NCBI GenBank assembly: GCA_000997385.1
Contig: LCBT01000001.1
Coordinates: forward strand, 243,663 to 307,662
Reading direction: 5' to 3'
Length of the DNA stretch: 64,000 nt
Source: Candidatus Daviesbacteria bacterium GW2011_GWA1_41_61
GTDB taxonomy: Bacteria; Patescibacteriota; Microgenomatia; Daviesbacterales; UBA10151
In this document: piece by piece, positions 1 through 9,705 of the stretch
Numbering within the stretch: position 1 is the first letter of the stretch
Layout: each line of letters begins with the position of its first letter
Translations under genes and position numbers: made by a program
Notes under the pieces: model-generated
Database searches by the model: none
What the model was told of the DNA's origin: nothing
The model's input: only the letters and a program-made list of their open reading frames with translations

Positions 1-1
1 C

Positions 2-253
2 CAGCAAGATAACCGCACCTTCCGGGATTTTGCCGAAGGGGTTATTCAAAAAAGATCTGCCCCCAAAGACAGCGAAGAATATGTCGAAGGAACCCATATC
101 TTAGTACGGCAAGTCGGATCCCCAGTGGCTTTAACATCTTCAGTAATAGACCTTAGCCAATATGAAGGGAAAAAAGTTAAAGTTTTTGGAGAAACCCAAA
201 AAGCCATTAAAGAAGGCTGGCTGATGGACGTCGGCAAAGTTGAAGTAAAGTAG
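2..253 (+). CDS. 3' end of a hypothetical protein whose start lies upstream of the window
   Basis: Open frame from the window edge to TAG at 251-253 (…GKKVKVFGETQKAIKEGWLMDVGKVEVK*). It is co-directional with the downstream ftsEX. The competing minus-strand 63-aa ORF is less plausible. Confidence 0.35.
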   Translation, partial: QQDNRTFRDFAEGVIQKRSAPKDSEEYVEGTHILVRQVGSPVALTSSVIDLSQYEGKKVKVFGETQKAIKEGWLMDVGKVEVK

Positions 254-327
254 CACCAAGTGATGGGTAATTTTGCTGTAAAAACTAGATAGCAGTAATA
301 AATATATCAGAATTACCCAAAATATAA

Positions 328-1011
328 ATGATATCTTTTAAAAATGTTGCTAAAAAGTTTGGCCCAAGTATCATTGCCCTGGAGGATATTAACCTCGAGA
401 TCCAGGAAGGGGAGTTTGTCTTTCTGGTGGGCCCTTCCGGAGCCGGCAAATCTACACTGCTTCGACTTTTATCCCGGGAATATCTGCCCACAAGCGGTAA
501 GGTCCTGGTTGCAGGGGAAGACCTGGCTAAAATTAAATCTTCTCAAATCCCTCTTTACCGGCGGAAAATAGGCTTTGTTTTTCAAGATTTTAAGCTCTTA
601 GAAGACCGGACAGTTTTTGAAAATGTGGCCTTAAGTTTACAAGTCCGCGGCATAATTGATCATGAGATAGACAAGGAGGTTGAAAAAACCCTGAAGCTTT
701 TTGAAATCTGGGAAAGGAGGAATCTTTTTCCCCGCCAACTCTCAGGAGGGGAGGCTCAAAGAACAGCCATTGCCCGGGCAGTAATTGGTAAACCCAAGGT
801 AGTTTTAGCTGATGAGCCCACCGGAGATTTGGATCCCCAAACTGCCTGGTCAGTCATTCAGCTTTTGGGGGAGATAAATTCCTGGGGAACAACCGTAGTG
901 ATGGCCACCCATAATAAAGAAATCGTGGATACCCAAAAAAGACGGGTTGTCAGTTTAAAAGAAGGCAAGATAATCAAAGATAACAAAGAGGGAAAGTACG
1001 AGATACATTAA
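328..1011 (+). CDS. ftsE: Cell-division ABC transporter ATP-binding protein FtsE
   Basis: Walker A GPSGAGKST, ABC signature LSGGEAQR, Walker B VLADEPTGDLD. Immediately followed by ftsX. Confidence 0.9.
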   Translation: MISFKNVAKKFGPSIIALEDINLEIQEGEFVFLVGPSGAGKSTLLRLLSREYLPTSGKVLVAGEDLAKIKSSQIPLYRRKIGFVFQDFKLLEDRTVFENVALSLQVRGIIDHEIDKEVEKTLKLFEIWERRNLFPRQLSGGEAQRTAIARAVIGKPKVVLADEPTGDLDPQTAWSVIQLLGEINSWGTTVVMATHNKEIVDTQKRRVVSLKEGKIIKDNKEGKYEIH

Positions 1012-1014
1012 CAG

Positions 1015-1902
1015 ATGGTTATTTTTAATTTTGTCAAGAAAAATATCAGAAGGACTCCGTACCAAGCTTTAACAGCCACAATGGCGATGTTTCTAGCTTT
1101 TTTAGCCTTTTCCAGTTTTCTGCTTTTAGCGCTGGGTTCCCAGAAGGTGCTGCGTTTTTATGAGAGTAAACCCCAAACCATTGCTTTTTTCAAAGATGGC
1201 ACTAAAAATGAAGATATCCAGGCTATTCAAGACGCTTTAAATAGCACTGGCAGGGTGACCAAATTCAAATATGTCTCCAAAGAAGAAGCCTTAGAAATCT
1301 ACCGGGAACGCAATAAAAACAATCCGATGCTTTTGGAACTGGTCACTGCCAACATTCTTCCCGCTTCTTTAGAAATCTCTGCTTTAACACCTGATGATTT
1401 AAAACCCATCGCTGAGGTTTTAAGAAAAGAGCCTGTGGTGGAAGAAGTTGTTTTCCCGGAAGATGTAGTTGCTCAGTTGGCTCAAGCAACTAAATTTATC
1501 CGTACCATCGGGGGTAGTATCGTGGGATTTCTCATTACTTTCTCCACCATTATTATTGTCATGATTATCGGTTTTAAAATCCGGCTTAAAAGAGAAGAGA
1601 TTGAAACCATGAAACTGATGGGAGCCTCAACCTGGTTTATTAGGATGCCTTTTATTATTGAAGGTATTATTTATGCCCTTATAGGAGCGATCATTGGCTG
1701 GTTGGCTAACTACTTTATGATCTGGTACTTTGAACCTATTTTAGTTGATGGTAACAACCTCTTTTACTTTGAAATTAGCCAAATCCTCCTACCAGTAAGC
1801 CCAATTTTTATGCTGGAACTGCTTATGGCTCAAGTAGTGGTGGCTATTTTAGTAGGAGGACTTGGGTCGCTGTTGGCTGTCCGCCGCTACCTCCATCTCT
1901 AA
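1015..1902 (+). CDS. ftsX: Cell-division permease FtsX
   Basis: 295 aa with an N-terminal TM helix, an extracellular domain and 3 C-terminal TM helices. Lies 4 nt after ftsE. Confidence 0.85.
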   Translation: MVIFNFVKKNIRRTPYQALTATMAMFLAFLAFSSFLLLALGSQKVLRFYESKPQTIAFFKDGTKNEDIQAIQDALNSTGRVTKFKYVSKEEALEIYRERNKNNPMLLELVTANILPASLEISALTPDDLKPIAEVLRKEPVVEEVVFPEDVVAQLAQATKFIRTIGGSIVGFLITFSTIIIVMIIGFKIRLKREEIETMKLMGASTWFIRMPFIIEGIIYALIGAIIGWLANYFMIWYFEPILVDGNNLFYFEISQILLPVSPIFMLELLMAQVVVAILVGGLGSLLAVRRYLHL

Positions 1903-1928
1903 TTTCTACCCCACCTTAGGTTGTTAAG

Positions 1929-3095
1929 ATGTTTACGAAGATATTAACTACTATCATCTTTATAGCCACACTGTTGGTCCTGGTGACTAATTTCCCAAGC
2001 ACACCTTTTTTGGCTCAATCATTAGAAGAGCAGGACCGCGAATTACGGAACATTCAAAACCAGATTGTTGAAACTGAAAAAAAGTTGGCTGAAGCCAGAG
2101 GGCAAGAAAAAACCCTTAAATCCCAACTTGATTTTATTGATACCCAAACCAAATTAACTGAGCTTAAAATGGCTCAGGCTGAAGCCCAAATTATTAAGCT
2201 GGAGAAAGAGATCACCGATCTTTCCAACCGCATTATCAAACTTTCCCAAACAGTTGATTCCATCACTGAGGTGTTACTCAGCAGAATTGTCCAAACCTAT
2301 AAATACGGTAATTACTCCACCATTGATCTCCTGTTTTCTTCTCATGGATTTTCTGATCTTTTAGCCAGAGTTAAATATATTCAGGTGGCCCAAACCAATG
2401 ATAAAAAAGTCCTCTATCAACTTCAGGCAACCAAAGAAACTTATAATGATCAAAAGACGGACCGGGAAACCAGACAAACCCAGCAAGAGAAGTTAAAAAA
2501 GGACTTGGAAAGATATCAAGTTCAACTGAATAACCAGAAAAAAGCTAAACAAGAGCTTTTGGAAAAAACCAAAAATGATGAAAGCCGTTACCAGCAATTA
2601 ATTGCCCAACTTAAAGCAGAGCAAGAATCCATTGCCCGAGCTATTTCTAATGTTGGTGCGGTGGTTGGACCGGTAGAAAAAGGTCAAACCATTGGCGCCA
2701 TGGGCAGTACGGGTTGCTCCACAGGGCCGCATCTGCACCTTGAGGTTTTTGAAAATGCCAAAGTCGAAGGGGGCAGAATTGTTGGTACCCGGGTTAATCC
2801 CAAGCCTTTTTTAGACAACGGCAGGTTAGGACCGCCGCTTAGAGGTTATCCCGATGAAACCACTATTACCACCGAATATGGAGAGGTCTACTTTTTAGGA
2901 ACTCACACCGGTTTAGATATTGCTCCGAAAAGTTATGAAGGTGTCGGCAGAGCTATTTTGGCTTCAGAAAAAGGTATAGCTTATTCCACCTCTGCCCCTT
3001 GTAAGGCAAATATACCTGGAGGCAGCTCGGTGGGTAAAGGCATTATCATTGATCACCAAAATGGCCTAGTCACCCTCTACTGGCACACTCTATAA
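1929..3095 (+). CDS. M23/LytM-family peptidase with N-terminal coiled coil (EnvC-like FtsEX partner)
   Basis: Signal/TM segment, long coiled coil, and a C-terminal M23 domain with the HLHLEV motif. Gene order is ftsE-ftsX-M23. Confidence 0.8.
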   Translation: MFTKILTTIIFIATLLVLVTNFPSTPFLAQSLEEQDRELRNIQNQIVETEKKLAEARGQEKTLKSQLDFIDTQTKLTELKMAQAEAQIIKLEKEITDLSNRIIKLSQTVDSITEVLLSRIVQTYKYGNYSTIDLLFSSHGFSDLLARVKYIQVAQTNDKKVLYQLQATKETYNDQKTDRETRQTQQEKLKKDLERYQVQLNNQKKAKQELLEKTKNDESRYQQLIAQLKAEQESIARAISNVGAVVGPVEKGQTIGAMGSTGCSTGPHLHLEVFENAKVEGGRIVGTRVNPKPFLDNGRLGPPLRGYPDETTITTEYGEVYFLGTHTGLDIAPKSYEGVGRAILASEKGIAYSTSAPCKANIPGGSSVGKGIIIDHQNGLVTLYWHTL

Positions 3096-3140
3096 GTTAT
3101 TTCGTTTGGAAAATATTGATTAACATGATATGTTAAATTC

Positions 3141-3974
3141 ATGAGAAGACTTTGGAAAACTCTCTTGTTGACCTCTCTTATTGGTGGATACTTAATCATC
3201 GCTTCAACAACTAAAGCCTCGGATATTGTCTTAAATGAAGTTATGGCCAAACCAGATGATGAAACCGAATGGGTAGAGATTTATAATCCCACTGATCAAA
3301 CTGTTGATCTTACTGGTTGGATAATCAAAGATGGTAATAGCACTTCTGATGATTTAACACTAGATGGGGAAATCTCACCTTTAAGTTTTAGGGTGTTTGA
3401 TCATTCCAAAGGGTGGTTAAACGATAGTGGAGATGGAGATACTGTCACACTTTTAAACGGTACAACCACTATCAATTCATATACCTACCAGAAGGCTTCT
3501 GCAGGGAAAACCTTTGGTCGTCAACCGGATGGCGGTTCTTGGGCGGAAAATCTAACTCCAACTAAAGGTAGTACTAATGGCGATCCTCCTACACCTACCC
3601 CTTCTCCTACCGAAACACCAACTTCTACCCCCACTCCTAGTGACACTCCTACCCCGACTAAAACTCTCACTCCTACTAAAACCCCCACCCCTTCCCCTAC
3701 TGCCAAACCCCCCACTCCAACTAAAAATCCTACAAAAACACCTACTTCTGCAAAAAGTAGCACCGACAATTCCCAGGTTAATTTACCTTCTTCTATTTTA
3801 TCCAGCAGCAGTGCTGAAGAATATTACCCCACAGTTTTGGGGGAATCTGTCTCTATTACCCCCGCCCAGGAAAATACCAACAGCCCTAAATTAAACCCCT
3901 TTTTAATCTTGGGAGGAGGCATACTTATCATTGTGGGGCTAAATATCCTTGTTTATCTGTATAAAAACCGCTAA
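3141..3974 (+). CDS. Secreted lamin-tail-domain (LTD) protein with Pro/Thr-rich linker and C-terminal TM anchor
   Basis: Signal peptide. LTD-like segment LNEVMAKPDDETEWVEIYNPTDQTVDLTGWIIKDG. A (PTPS/PTKT)n low-complexity run. C-terminal hydrophobic stretch plus KNR. Confidence 0.7.
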   Translation: MRRLWKTLLLTSLIGGYLIIASTTKASDIVLNEVMAKPDDETEWVEIYNPTDQTVDLTGWIIKDGNSTSDDLTLDGEISPLSFRVFDHSKGWLNDSGDGDTVTLLNGTTTINSYTYQKASAGKTFGRQPDGGSWAENLTPTKGSTNGDPPTPTPSPTETPTSTPTPSDTPTPTKTLTPTKTPTPSPTAKPPTPTKNPTKTPTSAKSSTDNSQVNLPSSILSSSSAEEYYPTVLGESVSITPAQENTNSPKLNPFLILGGGILIIVGLNILVYLYKNR

Positions 3975-3984
3975 TATCCAAACC

Positions 3985-4407
3985 ATGAAATTTATCACTT
4001 ACTCAGCCGGTGAGACTCAGCAAGTGGCTAAAAATTTAGCCCAACAATATCATCAGGGAGGGATTATGGCTCTTTTTGGAGAGTTAGGAACTGGTAAAAC
4101 TACCTTTACTCAAGGTTTTGCCGAAGGCTTGCAGGTTTCAGGTAAGATCATCTCCCCCACCTTTACTTTAATTAGAGAGTATCCCCTACCATCTCAACCA
4201 CAGGCTAAACTTTATCATATCGATCTTTACCGCTTAGAAAGTCCTAAGGATATTGAGCAGTTAGGGATAAGGGAAATTTTTGATAATCGTCACAATATTG
4301 TGCTTATTGAATGGGCAGACAAATTAGGTAAAATCTTACCTCCTCAAGCAGTTAGAATCTATTTAAAAAACCTGGGTCAAAACACCAGGGAGATTGAAAT
4401 AAGGTAG
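3985..4407 (+). CDS. tsaE: tRNA threonylcarbamoyladenosine biosynthesis ATPase TsaE
   Basis: P-loop ALFGELGTGKTTFTQG. Size and architecture match TsaE/YjeE. Start placed at MKFITYS (the ORF track starts at 3949 and overlaps the previous gene). Confidence 0.8.
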   Translation: MKFITYSAGETQQVAKNLAQQYHQGGIMALFGELGTGKTTFTQGFAEGLQVSGKIISPTFTLIREYPLPSQPQAKLYHIDLYRLESPKDIEQLGIREIFDNRHNIVLIEWADKLGKILPPQAVRIYLKNLGQNTREIEIR

Positions 4408-4410
4408 TAA

Positions 4411-5322
4411 CTATTGGCTTTTACGTTTTTTTAGTAGTTCTAAAGCTGAGCTACTAGTAGCAGTCGTAGTAACGGTTGCAGTGATAGTCGGTGAAACCAC
4501 TTCCATATTCACTAGATTTGGATCTGGATTAGAAACTGCCTCAGGAGTATTCCCCTCAACAGGGACAAAGATGCCAGAGGTCCCTCCACTCTCCTCTATC
4601 GGCACTTCAGATGGAGCTTGGGAGAGCGGTTTACCAATCCCTAAGATAAAATACGCTGAAGCTCCCCCCACCGCCAGCAGTACTAACACTCCAACCAAAA
4701 TAATCCACTTGGGAAATCCCATAGAACCGGATGTAATCACCTGTTTCTCCTCTGAAGAAGTAGGAATAACCATCGAAGAAGCAGTAGTAACTGCAGAAAT
4801 AGGAACCTCCAGGGGTGCTTCTTCTCCACTGCCAGTAGTTCCCACCAAATGACTTAAATCAGTCGGAGCAGCCTCATTTGAGCCAATTGGACTAACTAAA
4901 GGGTTAGTAGGGGCACCGGCATCTAAACTGCCACCGTCAGGGCTTGATCCAGTTGGAATGGAAGAAGGAGCAAAAGTCGGTGGGGGTTCAATATTACCAA
5001 AGCTTTGGGTAGTTGGGGCAGAAAAAGCTCCTAAGTCTTGAGAAGGCCAGGAAGGCTGGTAGACAGGGTTGCTATCAGGAGAAAATGTCGGTACGGGTGC
5101 CGGGGTGTTAGGATCTGCAGGAGCAGCTTCACCAAGCCCAGAGGCAGGTGGAGAGGCAGGAGATAAGCTGGGAAAATCTAAAGAAGGACCAGGAGCAGAT
5201 AAATCAGCTCCGGAGGAAGGAAAAGCAGTTGCCGCTGGAGTATTATCACCAGGATCAGAAGAAGAAATAGGAGTAGGGGGAACACCAGGGGCAGAGGGAT
5301 TGGTTGGGTTATTGGGATCCAT
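4411..5322 (-). CDS. Pro/Ser/Thr-rich low-complexity membrane protein (single TM)
   Basis: 303 aa with a disordered P/S/T/G-rich N-terminal region, one TM helix (WIILVGVLVLLAVGGASAYFILGI), and a Thr-rich C-terminal tail. Confidence 0.55.
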   Translation of the reverse strand: MDPNNPTNPSAPGVPPTPISSSDPGDNTPAATAFPSSGADLSAPGPSLDFPSLSPASPPASGLGEAAPADPNTPAPVPTFSPDSNPVYQPSWPSQDLGAFSAPTTQSFGNIEPPPTFAPSSIPTGSSPDGGSLDAGAPTNPLVSPIGSNEAAPTDLSHLVGTTGSGEEAPLEVPISAVTTASSMVIPTSSEEKQVITSGSMGFPKWIILVGVLVLLAVGGASAYFILGIGKPLSQAPSEVPIEESGGTSGIFVPVEGNTPEAVSNPDPNLVNMEVVSPTITATVTTTATSSSALELLKKRKSQ

Positions 5323-5438
5323 AGGCAGTTTTAAATACTAGAGTTAGTTTATAGAAAATTACCTTACTAGTCAATAGTTATTACTTTTGTTAAGTTTACG
5401 ATATAATAGGGTAGCTTGAAATTAGAAAGGTTTGTCTG

Positions 5439-8153
5439 ATGTTAAACATTTTTAGCAGATTTATTGATTCCAATCAAAAAGAGCTCAGCCGTTTTTCTAA
5501 AATAGTGGCTCAGATCAACGATCTGGAAAAAAAATATAAAAAGCTGACTGACCAACAGCTCAAAAAAAAGACTGAGGAATGTAAAAAGCTCTTTTCTGAG
5601 GGGGAAAGCCTTGATCAACTCCTGCCTGAAGTATACGCTGCAGCCAGAGAGGCTGGCGTTAGAACGTTAGGGCTTCGCCTCTATGATGTTCAGTTGATAG
5701 CCGCCATGGCTTTACATGAAGGAAAGATTGCGGAACAGAGAACCGGTGAAGGTAAGACTTTCACCGCTGCCCCAGCTTTATTATTAAATACTTTAACTGG
5801 TCAAGGAGTCCATCTGGTAACTGTTAATGATTATCTAGCTAGGCGTGACTGTGGTTGGATGGGACCTTTTTATGACGCTTTAGGAGCAACCTGCACCACT
5901 ATTATTCATGAACAAGCTTTTATCTTTGACCCCGCCTTTGTTGACCCAACTCATGCCGATGAGAGGCTCCGGCATCTTAGGCCTATCTCCCGCCAGGAGG
6001 CTTATGCGGCTGATATTACTTATGGCACCAATAACGAGTTTGGCTTTGATTATCTTAAGGACAATATGGTCTTTTCCTTAAAAGACAAGGCGCAACGGGG
6101 CCATCATTTTGCCATCGTTGATGAAGTAGACTCTATCTTAATAGATGAAGCCAGAACGCCGCTGATTATCTCCCGGCCGGCGCAAGAACCTACCAAAAAG
6201 TATTATGAGTTCGCTGCCTTAATGGAGAAGCTCTCCTCTTCAACTGATTATGTCATTGATGAAAAACAAAAAACAGCCAATTTAACAGAACACGGTATCG
6301 TCAAGGTAGAAAAAATGCTGGGCATCGATAACCTTTATGAAAAGGATTTCTCCACTCTCCATCACATCGAGCAGGCTTTAAAAGCCAGGGCCCTTTTTCA
6401 AAAAGACCGTGATTATGTAGTCAAAGATGGTGAGGTGATTATTGTCGATGAGTTCACCGGCAGGCTGATGCCAGGGAGAAGATATTCGGAAGGATTACAT
6501 CAAGCGATTGAAGCCAGAGAGGGGGTGGAGATTCAACAAGAGTCCCAAACTTTAGCTACTATCTCTTTCCAAAATTACTTCAGGATGTATAAAAAGCTGG
6601 CGGGAATGACCGGAACTGCTGCCACTGAAGCAGAAGAGTTCCATAAGATTTACAAATTAGAGGTCTTAGTTATTCCCACCCACATGCTAATGGTCAGAAA
6701 TGACCTCCCCGATTTGATTTACAAAACCCAAAAAGCCAAATACACCGCTGTTGCTCACTTAGTAGAAGAGCTCCATAAAAAAGGCCAGCCGGTGTTAGTT
6801 GGCACCACCTCCATAGAGAAAAACGAGTTTCTATCTGAGCTTTTAAAAAGAAAAGGTATCTCCCATGCTTTACTTAATGCTAAAAACCACGAAAAGGAAG
6901 CAGAGATTATCTCTTATGCTGGAGAAAAAGGGGCTGTGACTGTGGCTACCAATATGGCGGGGCGGGGAGTTGATATTAAACTGGGCCAAGATGTTACCAA
7001 ACTAGGCGGGTTGTGCGTTTTGGGTACGGAAAGACATGAATCCAGACGGATTGATAATCAGCTGCGAGGCCGTTCCGGACGTCAAGGCGACCCCGGAAGT
7101 TCCCGGTTTTTTGTCTCTTTGGAAGATGATCTGATGAGGATCTTTGGAGGCGAACAAGTAGCCAGGCTTATGGATTTTCTAAAAATCCCTGAAGAATCTC
7201 CTATCGAACATGGAATGGTTTCCAAGGCTTTAGAATCAGCCCAAAAGAAGGTGGAAGGCCACAACTTTGATATCAGAAAACATACTGTGGAATACGATGA
7301 CGTAATGAACCAGCAACGCCAGATTATCTATGGAGTCAGGAATAAAGTTTTAGAGGCTGCAGATGATCCTCAAATCCATGGACTCAAAGATGATGTTTTA
7401 GAAAAAATTGATAAGGCCATTGAAACTTTGGTCCAAGTTCATACTCAGGAAGGTCTGGAAACTGGTAAAATTTTTGAAGAATTTGCCGCGATCATTAATT
7501 TTGATCCCGCTTCTCAAAGTAAGCTCCAAAAACACTTGGAGGAAGCCGGTTCTTTAGAAGAGATTAACGATTTTATTATTAAAGTAGCTCATGATGCATA
7601 TGAACAAAGAGAAAAAGAAGTGGGGGAAGAGGTCGCCAGGCAGATGGAGATCTTTGTTTACTTAACGACTATTGATAATCTCTGGATTGAACATTTAGAC
7701 ACCATGGATGATTTAAGAGTAGGCATTGGACTAAGAAGTTTTGGGCAAAGGGACCCGTTAATTGAGTATAAAAAAGAGGCTTTTGAGTTGTTTAGTAAAC
7801 TTATTGCCACTATTGATTATGAGATTGTCCATAGAATCTACAAAGTAGCTGTTCAAAGGCAGCCTTTAGCATCTTCTCAGCCTATCCAGGTAGAGGAAAA
7901 ATACCCGGTGATAGAAACTGGAATTAAAGAAGAAGCAGCAGAAATCAAAGAGGTAGCCCAAGGGAAACCTTTATCTAAAGTTTTAGAGGCAGAAGGGGAG
8001 ACTACCAAAGTCACCGTTGAAAGAGACGGAGTGGTCAGTCAACAAATCTATGGATCAGGGGGACAGTTAAATAAAGCTCATGGCAAAATAGGCAGAAATG
8101 ACCCCTGCTACTGCGGTTCAGGCAAAAAATATAAAAAGTGCCACTTAAAGTAG
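5439..8153 (+). CDS. secA: Preprotein translocase ATPase SecA
   Basis: 904 aa. DEAD-like motor motifs, and a C-terminal zinc finger CYCGSGKKYKKCH. Confidence 0.95.
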   Translation: MLNIFSRFIDSNQKELSRFSKIVAQINDLEKKYKKLTDQQLKKKTEECKKLFSEGESLDQLLPEVYAAAREAGVRTLGLRLYDVQLIAAMALHEGKIAEQRTGEGKTFTAAPALLLNTLTGQGVHLVTVNDYLARRDCGWMGPFYDALGATCTTIIHEQAFIFDPAFVDPTHADERLRHLRPISRQEAYAADITYGTNNEFGFDYLKDNMVFSLKDKAQRGHHFAIVDEVDSILIDEARTPLIISRPAQEPTKKYYEFAALMEKLSSSTDYVIDEKQKTANLTEHGIVKVEKMLGIDNLYEKDFSTLHHIEQALKARALFQKDRDYVVKDGEVIIVDEFTGRLMPGRRYSEGLHQAIEAREGVEIQQESQTLATISFQNYFRMYKKLAGMTGTAATEAEEFHKIYKLEVLVIPTHMLMVRNDLPDLIYKTQKAKYTAVAHLVEELHKKGQPVLVGTTSIEKNEFLSELLKRKGISHALLNAKNHEKEAEIISYAGEKGAVTVATNMAGRGVDIKLGQDVTKLGGLCVLGTERHESRRIDNQLRGRSGRQGDPGSSRFFVSLEDDLMRIFGGEQVARLMDFLKIPEESPIEHGMVSKALESAQKKVEGHNFDIRKHTVEYDDVMNQQRQIIYGVRNKVLEAADDPQIHGLKDDVLEKIDKAIETLVQVHTQEGLETGKIFEEFAAIINFDPASQSKLQKHLEEAGSLEEINDFIIKVAHDAYEQREKEVGEEVARQMEIFVYLTTIDNLWIEHLDTMDDLRVGIGLRSFGQRDPLIEYKKEAFELFSKLIATIDYEIVHRIYKVAVQRQPLASSQPIQVEEKYPVIETGIKEEAAEIKEVAQGKPLSKVLEAEGETTKVTVERDGVVSQQIYGSGGQLNKAHGKIGRNDPCYCGSGKKYKKCHLK

Positions 8154-8172
8154 TTCATGTTAAAATACTTAC

Positions 8173-8511
8173 GTGATCATTACTAAATCCCGACCCTTTA
8201 CTAAAAAAGAAGTAGAAAAATTAAAAGAACAGTTTGATGTTTATATTAAAACAGTCATAGATGTAAAAAGGGACATTTGTTCAGCTGGTATGAACCGGCA
8301 TTTTGAAGGGGAGGAAATATTATTAGAACAGGGTTCTAAACAATCTAATATTTGGGGTGGAGGGATAGATCTGGAAACAAAAACCATTGATTTTAACTCC
8401 TTCATTAACATTAGACCTAATGATAATAACAACAGCAACGAAATCCAAAGTAAAGATATAAGAATAAAATATGAGGAGTTAACTAAATTTTTCTTTCAGG
8501 AAGTATTATGA
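8173..8511 (+). CDS. Hypothetical small protein (112 aa)
   Basis: ORF with no recognisable motif. Its stop overlaps the next start (ATGA). Confidence 0.45.
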   Translation: MIITKSRPFTKKEVEKLKEQFDVYIKTVIDVKRDICSAGMNRHFEGEEILLEQGSKQSNIWGGGIDLETKTIDFNSFINIRPNDNNNSNEIQSKDIRIKYEELTKFFFQEVL

Positions 8512-8780
8512 CACAAAAATTGATTATCGAATCATTGTCCATGGATCTTTTAAGAGTAGCCTTAGGATTACACCGGGGTTCTTTTAAAATGGCAGAACGT
8601 TTTAAACAGGAAGCTTTACAAAGGCAATCAGAACTAGAGTCTCGAAAAATAAATCCCTATCTTAAAAATCTTTTAGATAAAACCAAGACTGCCTTAATAT
8701 CCCCCAAAAAAGATAGAGATGAAGATATTTTAATGTACAGTATACTTTTCCAAAACTTTGCCAGGAAACAGAACAGATAA
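8508..8780 (+). CDS. Hypothetical small protein (90 aa)
   Basis: 4-nt overlap with the upstream ORF suggests translational coupling. Confidence 0.4.
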   Translation: MTQKLIIESLSMDLLRVALGLHRGSFKMAERFKQEALQRQSELESRKINPYLKNLLDKTKTALISPKKDRDEDILMYSILFQNFARKQNR

Positions 8781-8840
8781 CATCCTTAATCAACCTTCCC
8801 AAGCTTGACTTTGTATAAGATAAAGTTCATTATTTAGATA

Positions 8841-9320
8841 ATGAAGGATAAACCTTCTTTTCTTACGAAAATGAACCAGAAAGGTGTTATCTATCCTTTG
8901 ACCCTTTTATTACTAGCTGTGATGGGGTTACTTATCTTCCTGTTAGTAACCACTTTTTTCCCTTTTAAAAGTAGCCTTTTTAGTACTATTTATCCCAAGA
9001 CAACTTCCCAAGCAGCCTCCAATCCAGACCCTAAAGTACCTGCCGCTCCCCAGGCTGTAACTATTACCAATCCTCCGAATAACTCAGTTTTAGAGACTTC
9101 TTCTGAAGTGATGATTAATTTTTCAGTTACTGATAATATTGGAGTTGTCAAAGTGGACATTACTATCAATGGGGAACTTTTCTGTAGTGTAGACTCACCG
9201 CCTTATGAATGCAGCTGGAGAGTACCTTCTCTAAAAGACACTTCTTATATTATTAAGGCGCAAGCTTATGATAAAGAAGGTAACATCTCCTCATCGGAAG
9301 TTATAGTAAAGTCAAGGTAG
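8841..9320 (+). CDS. Membrane-anchored protein with Ig-like (beta-sandwich) extracellular domain
   Basis: N-terminal TM helix, then a roughly 100-aa beta-rich domain (…VTITNPPNNSVLETSSEVMINFSVTDNIGVVKVDITINGELF…). Confidence 0.5.
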   Translation: MKDKPSFLTKMNQKGVIYPLTLLLLAVMGLLIFLLVTTFFPFKSSLFSTIYPKTTSQAASNPDPKVPAAPQAVTITNPPNNSVLETSSEVMINFSVTDNIGVVKVDITINGELFCSVDSPPYECSWRVPSLKDTSYIIKAQAYDKEGNISSSEVIVKSR

Positions 9321-9324
9321 CTAT

Positions 9325-9705
9325 ATGAACAACCAAACAAAGAAAAAAATACTAGTAGCTGAAGATGATCAGTTTTATATTCGCCTTTATCAAAAAAGGC
9401 TGGCTGAAGAAGGTTTTGAAGTGATTGTGGCCAAAAATGGGGAAGAAGTTCTAAAAAAGCTAGCGAGTCAGTCGGTTGACTTAGTAATTTTAGATATTAT
9501 TATGCCTGTAAAAGATGGCTTTGAGACTTTAAAAGAGATGAAGGCTGATAATAAGTTAAGGGATATTCCAGTACTGGTAATTTCTAATTTGGGACAAGAA
9601 GAAGATGTTAAAATTGCTTTAGAACTGGGGGCAGTAGATTACTATGTTAAAGCCAATATACCGATTTATCAAATGGTAGATTTAGTGAAAAAATATGCCC
9701 GCTAG
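9325..9705 (+). CDS. Stand-alone response regulator receiver (CheY-like)
   Basis: KILVAEDD…LVILDIIMP…, 126 aa, REC domain only. Confidence 0.85.
   Translation: MNNQTKKKILVAEDDQFYIRLYQKRLAEEGFEVIVAKNGEEVLKKLASQSVDLVILDIIMPVKDGFETLKEMKADNKLRDIPVLVISNLGQEEDVKIALELGAVDYYVKANIPIYQMVDLVKKYAR

Noticed and set aside
46-237. 63-aa minus-strand ORF at the left edge
   Set aside because: The plus-strand frame is open to the window edge with a more protein-like sequence, so the minus-strand ORF is likely its antisense shadow.
344-571. 75-aa plus-strand ORF in an alternative frame of ftsE
   Set aside because: It is an out-of-frame overlap with a gene that has canonical ABC motifs.
3590-3760. Tandem short repeats that might resemble a CRISPR or other tandem-repeat array
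   Set aside because: They are in-frame codon repeats (PTPS/PTKT) inside a CDS, with no spacer-repeat periodicity of 28-37 nt. No CRISPR array was found anywhere in the window.
3521-3894. ORFs 3521-3769 (minus strand) and 3577-3894 (plus strand) within the LTD gene
   Set aside because: They lie in the PT-repeat low-complexity region, so alternative frames stay open by composition alone.
4481-5341. ORFs 4481-4852 and 5069-5341, both plus strand, opposite the Pro-rich protein
   Set aside because: They are open antisense frames produced by GC- and Pro-rich codon bias. The minus-strand ORF has the TM helix and a coherent architecture.
8154-8172. Possible rho-independent terminator after secA
   Set aside because: The intergenic gap is too short and no stable GC hairpin plus U-tract is visible.
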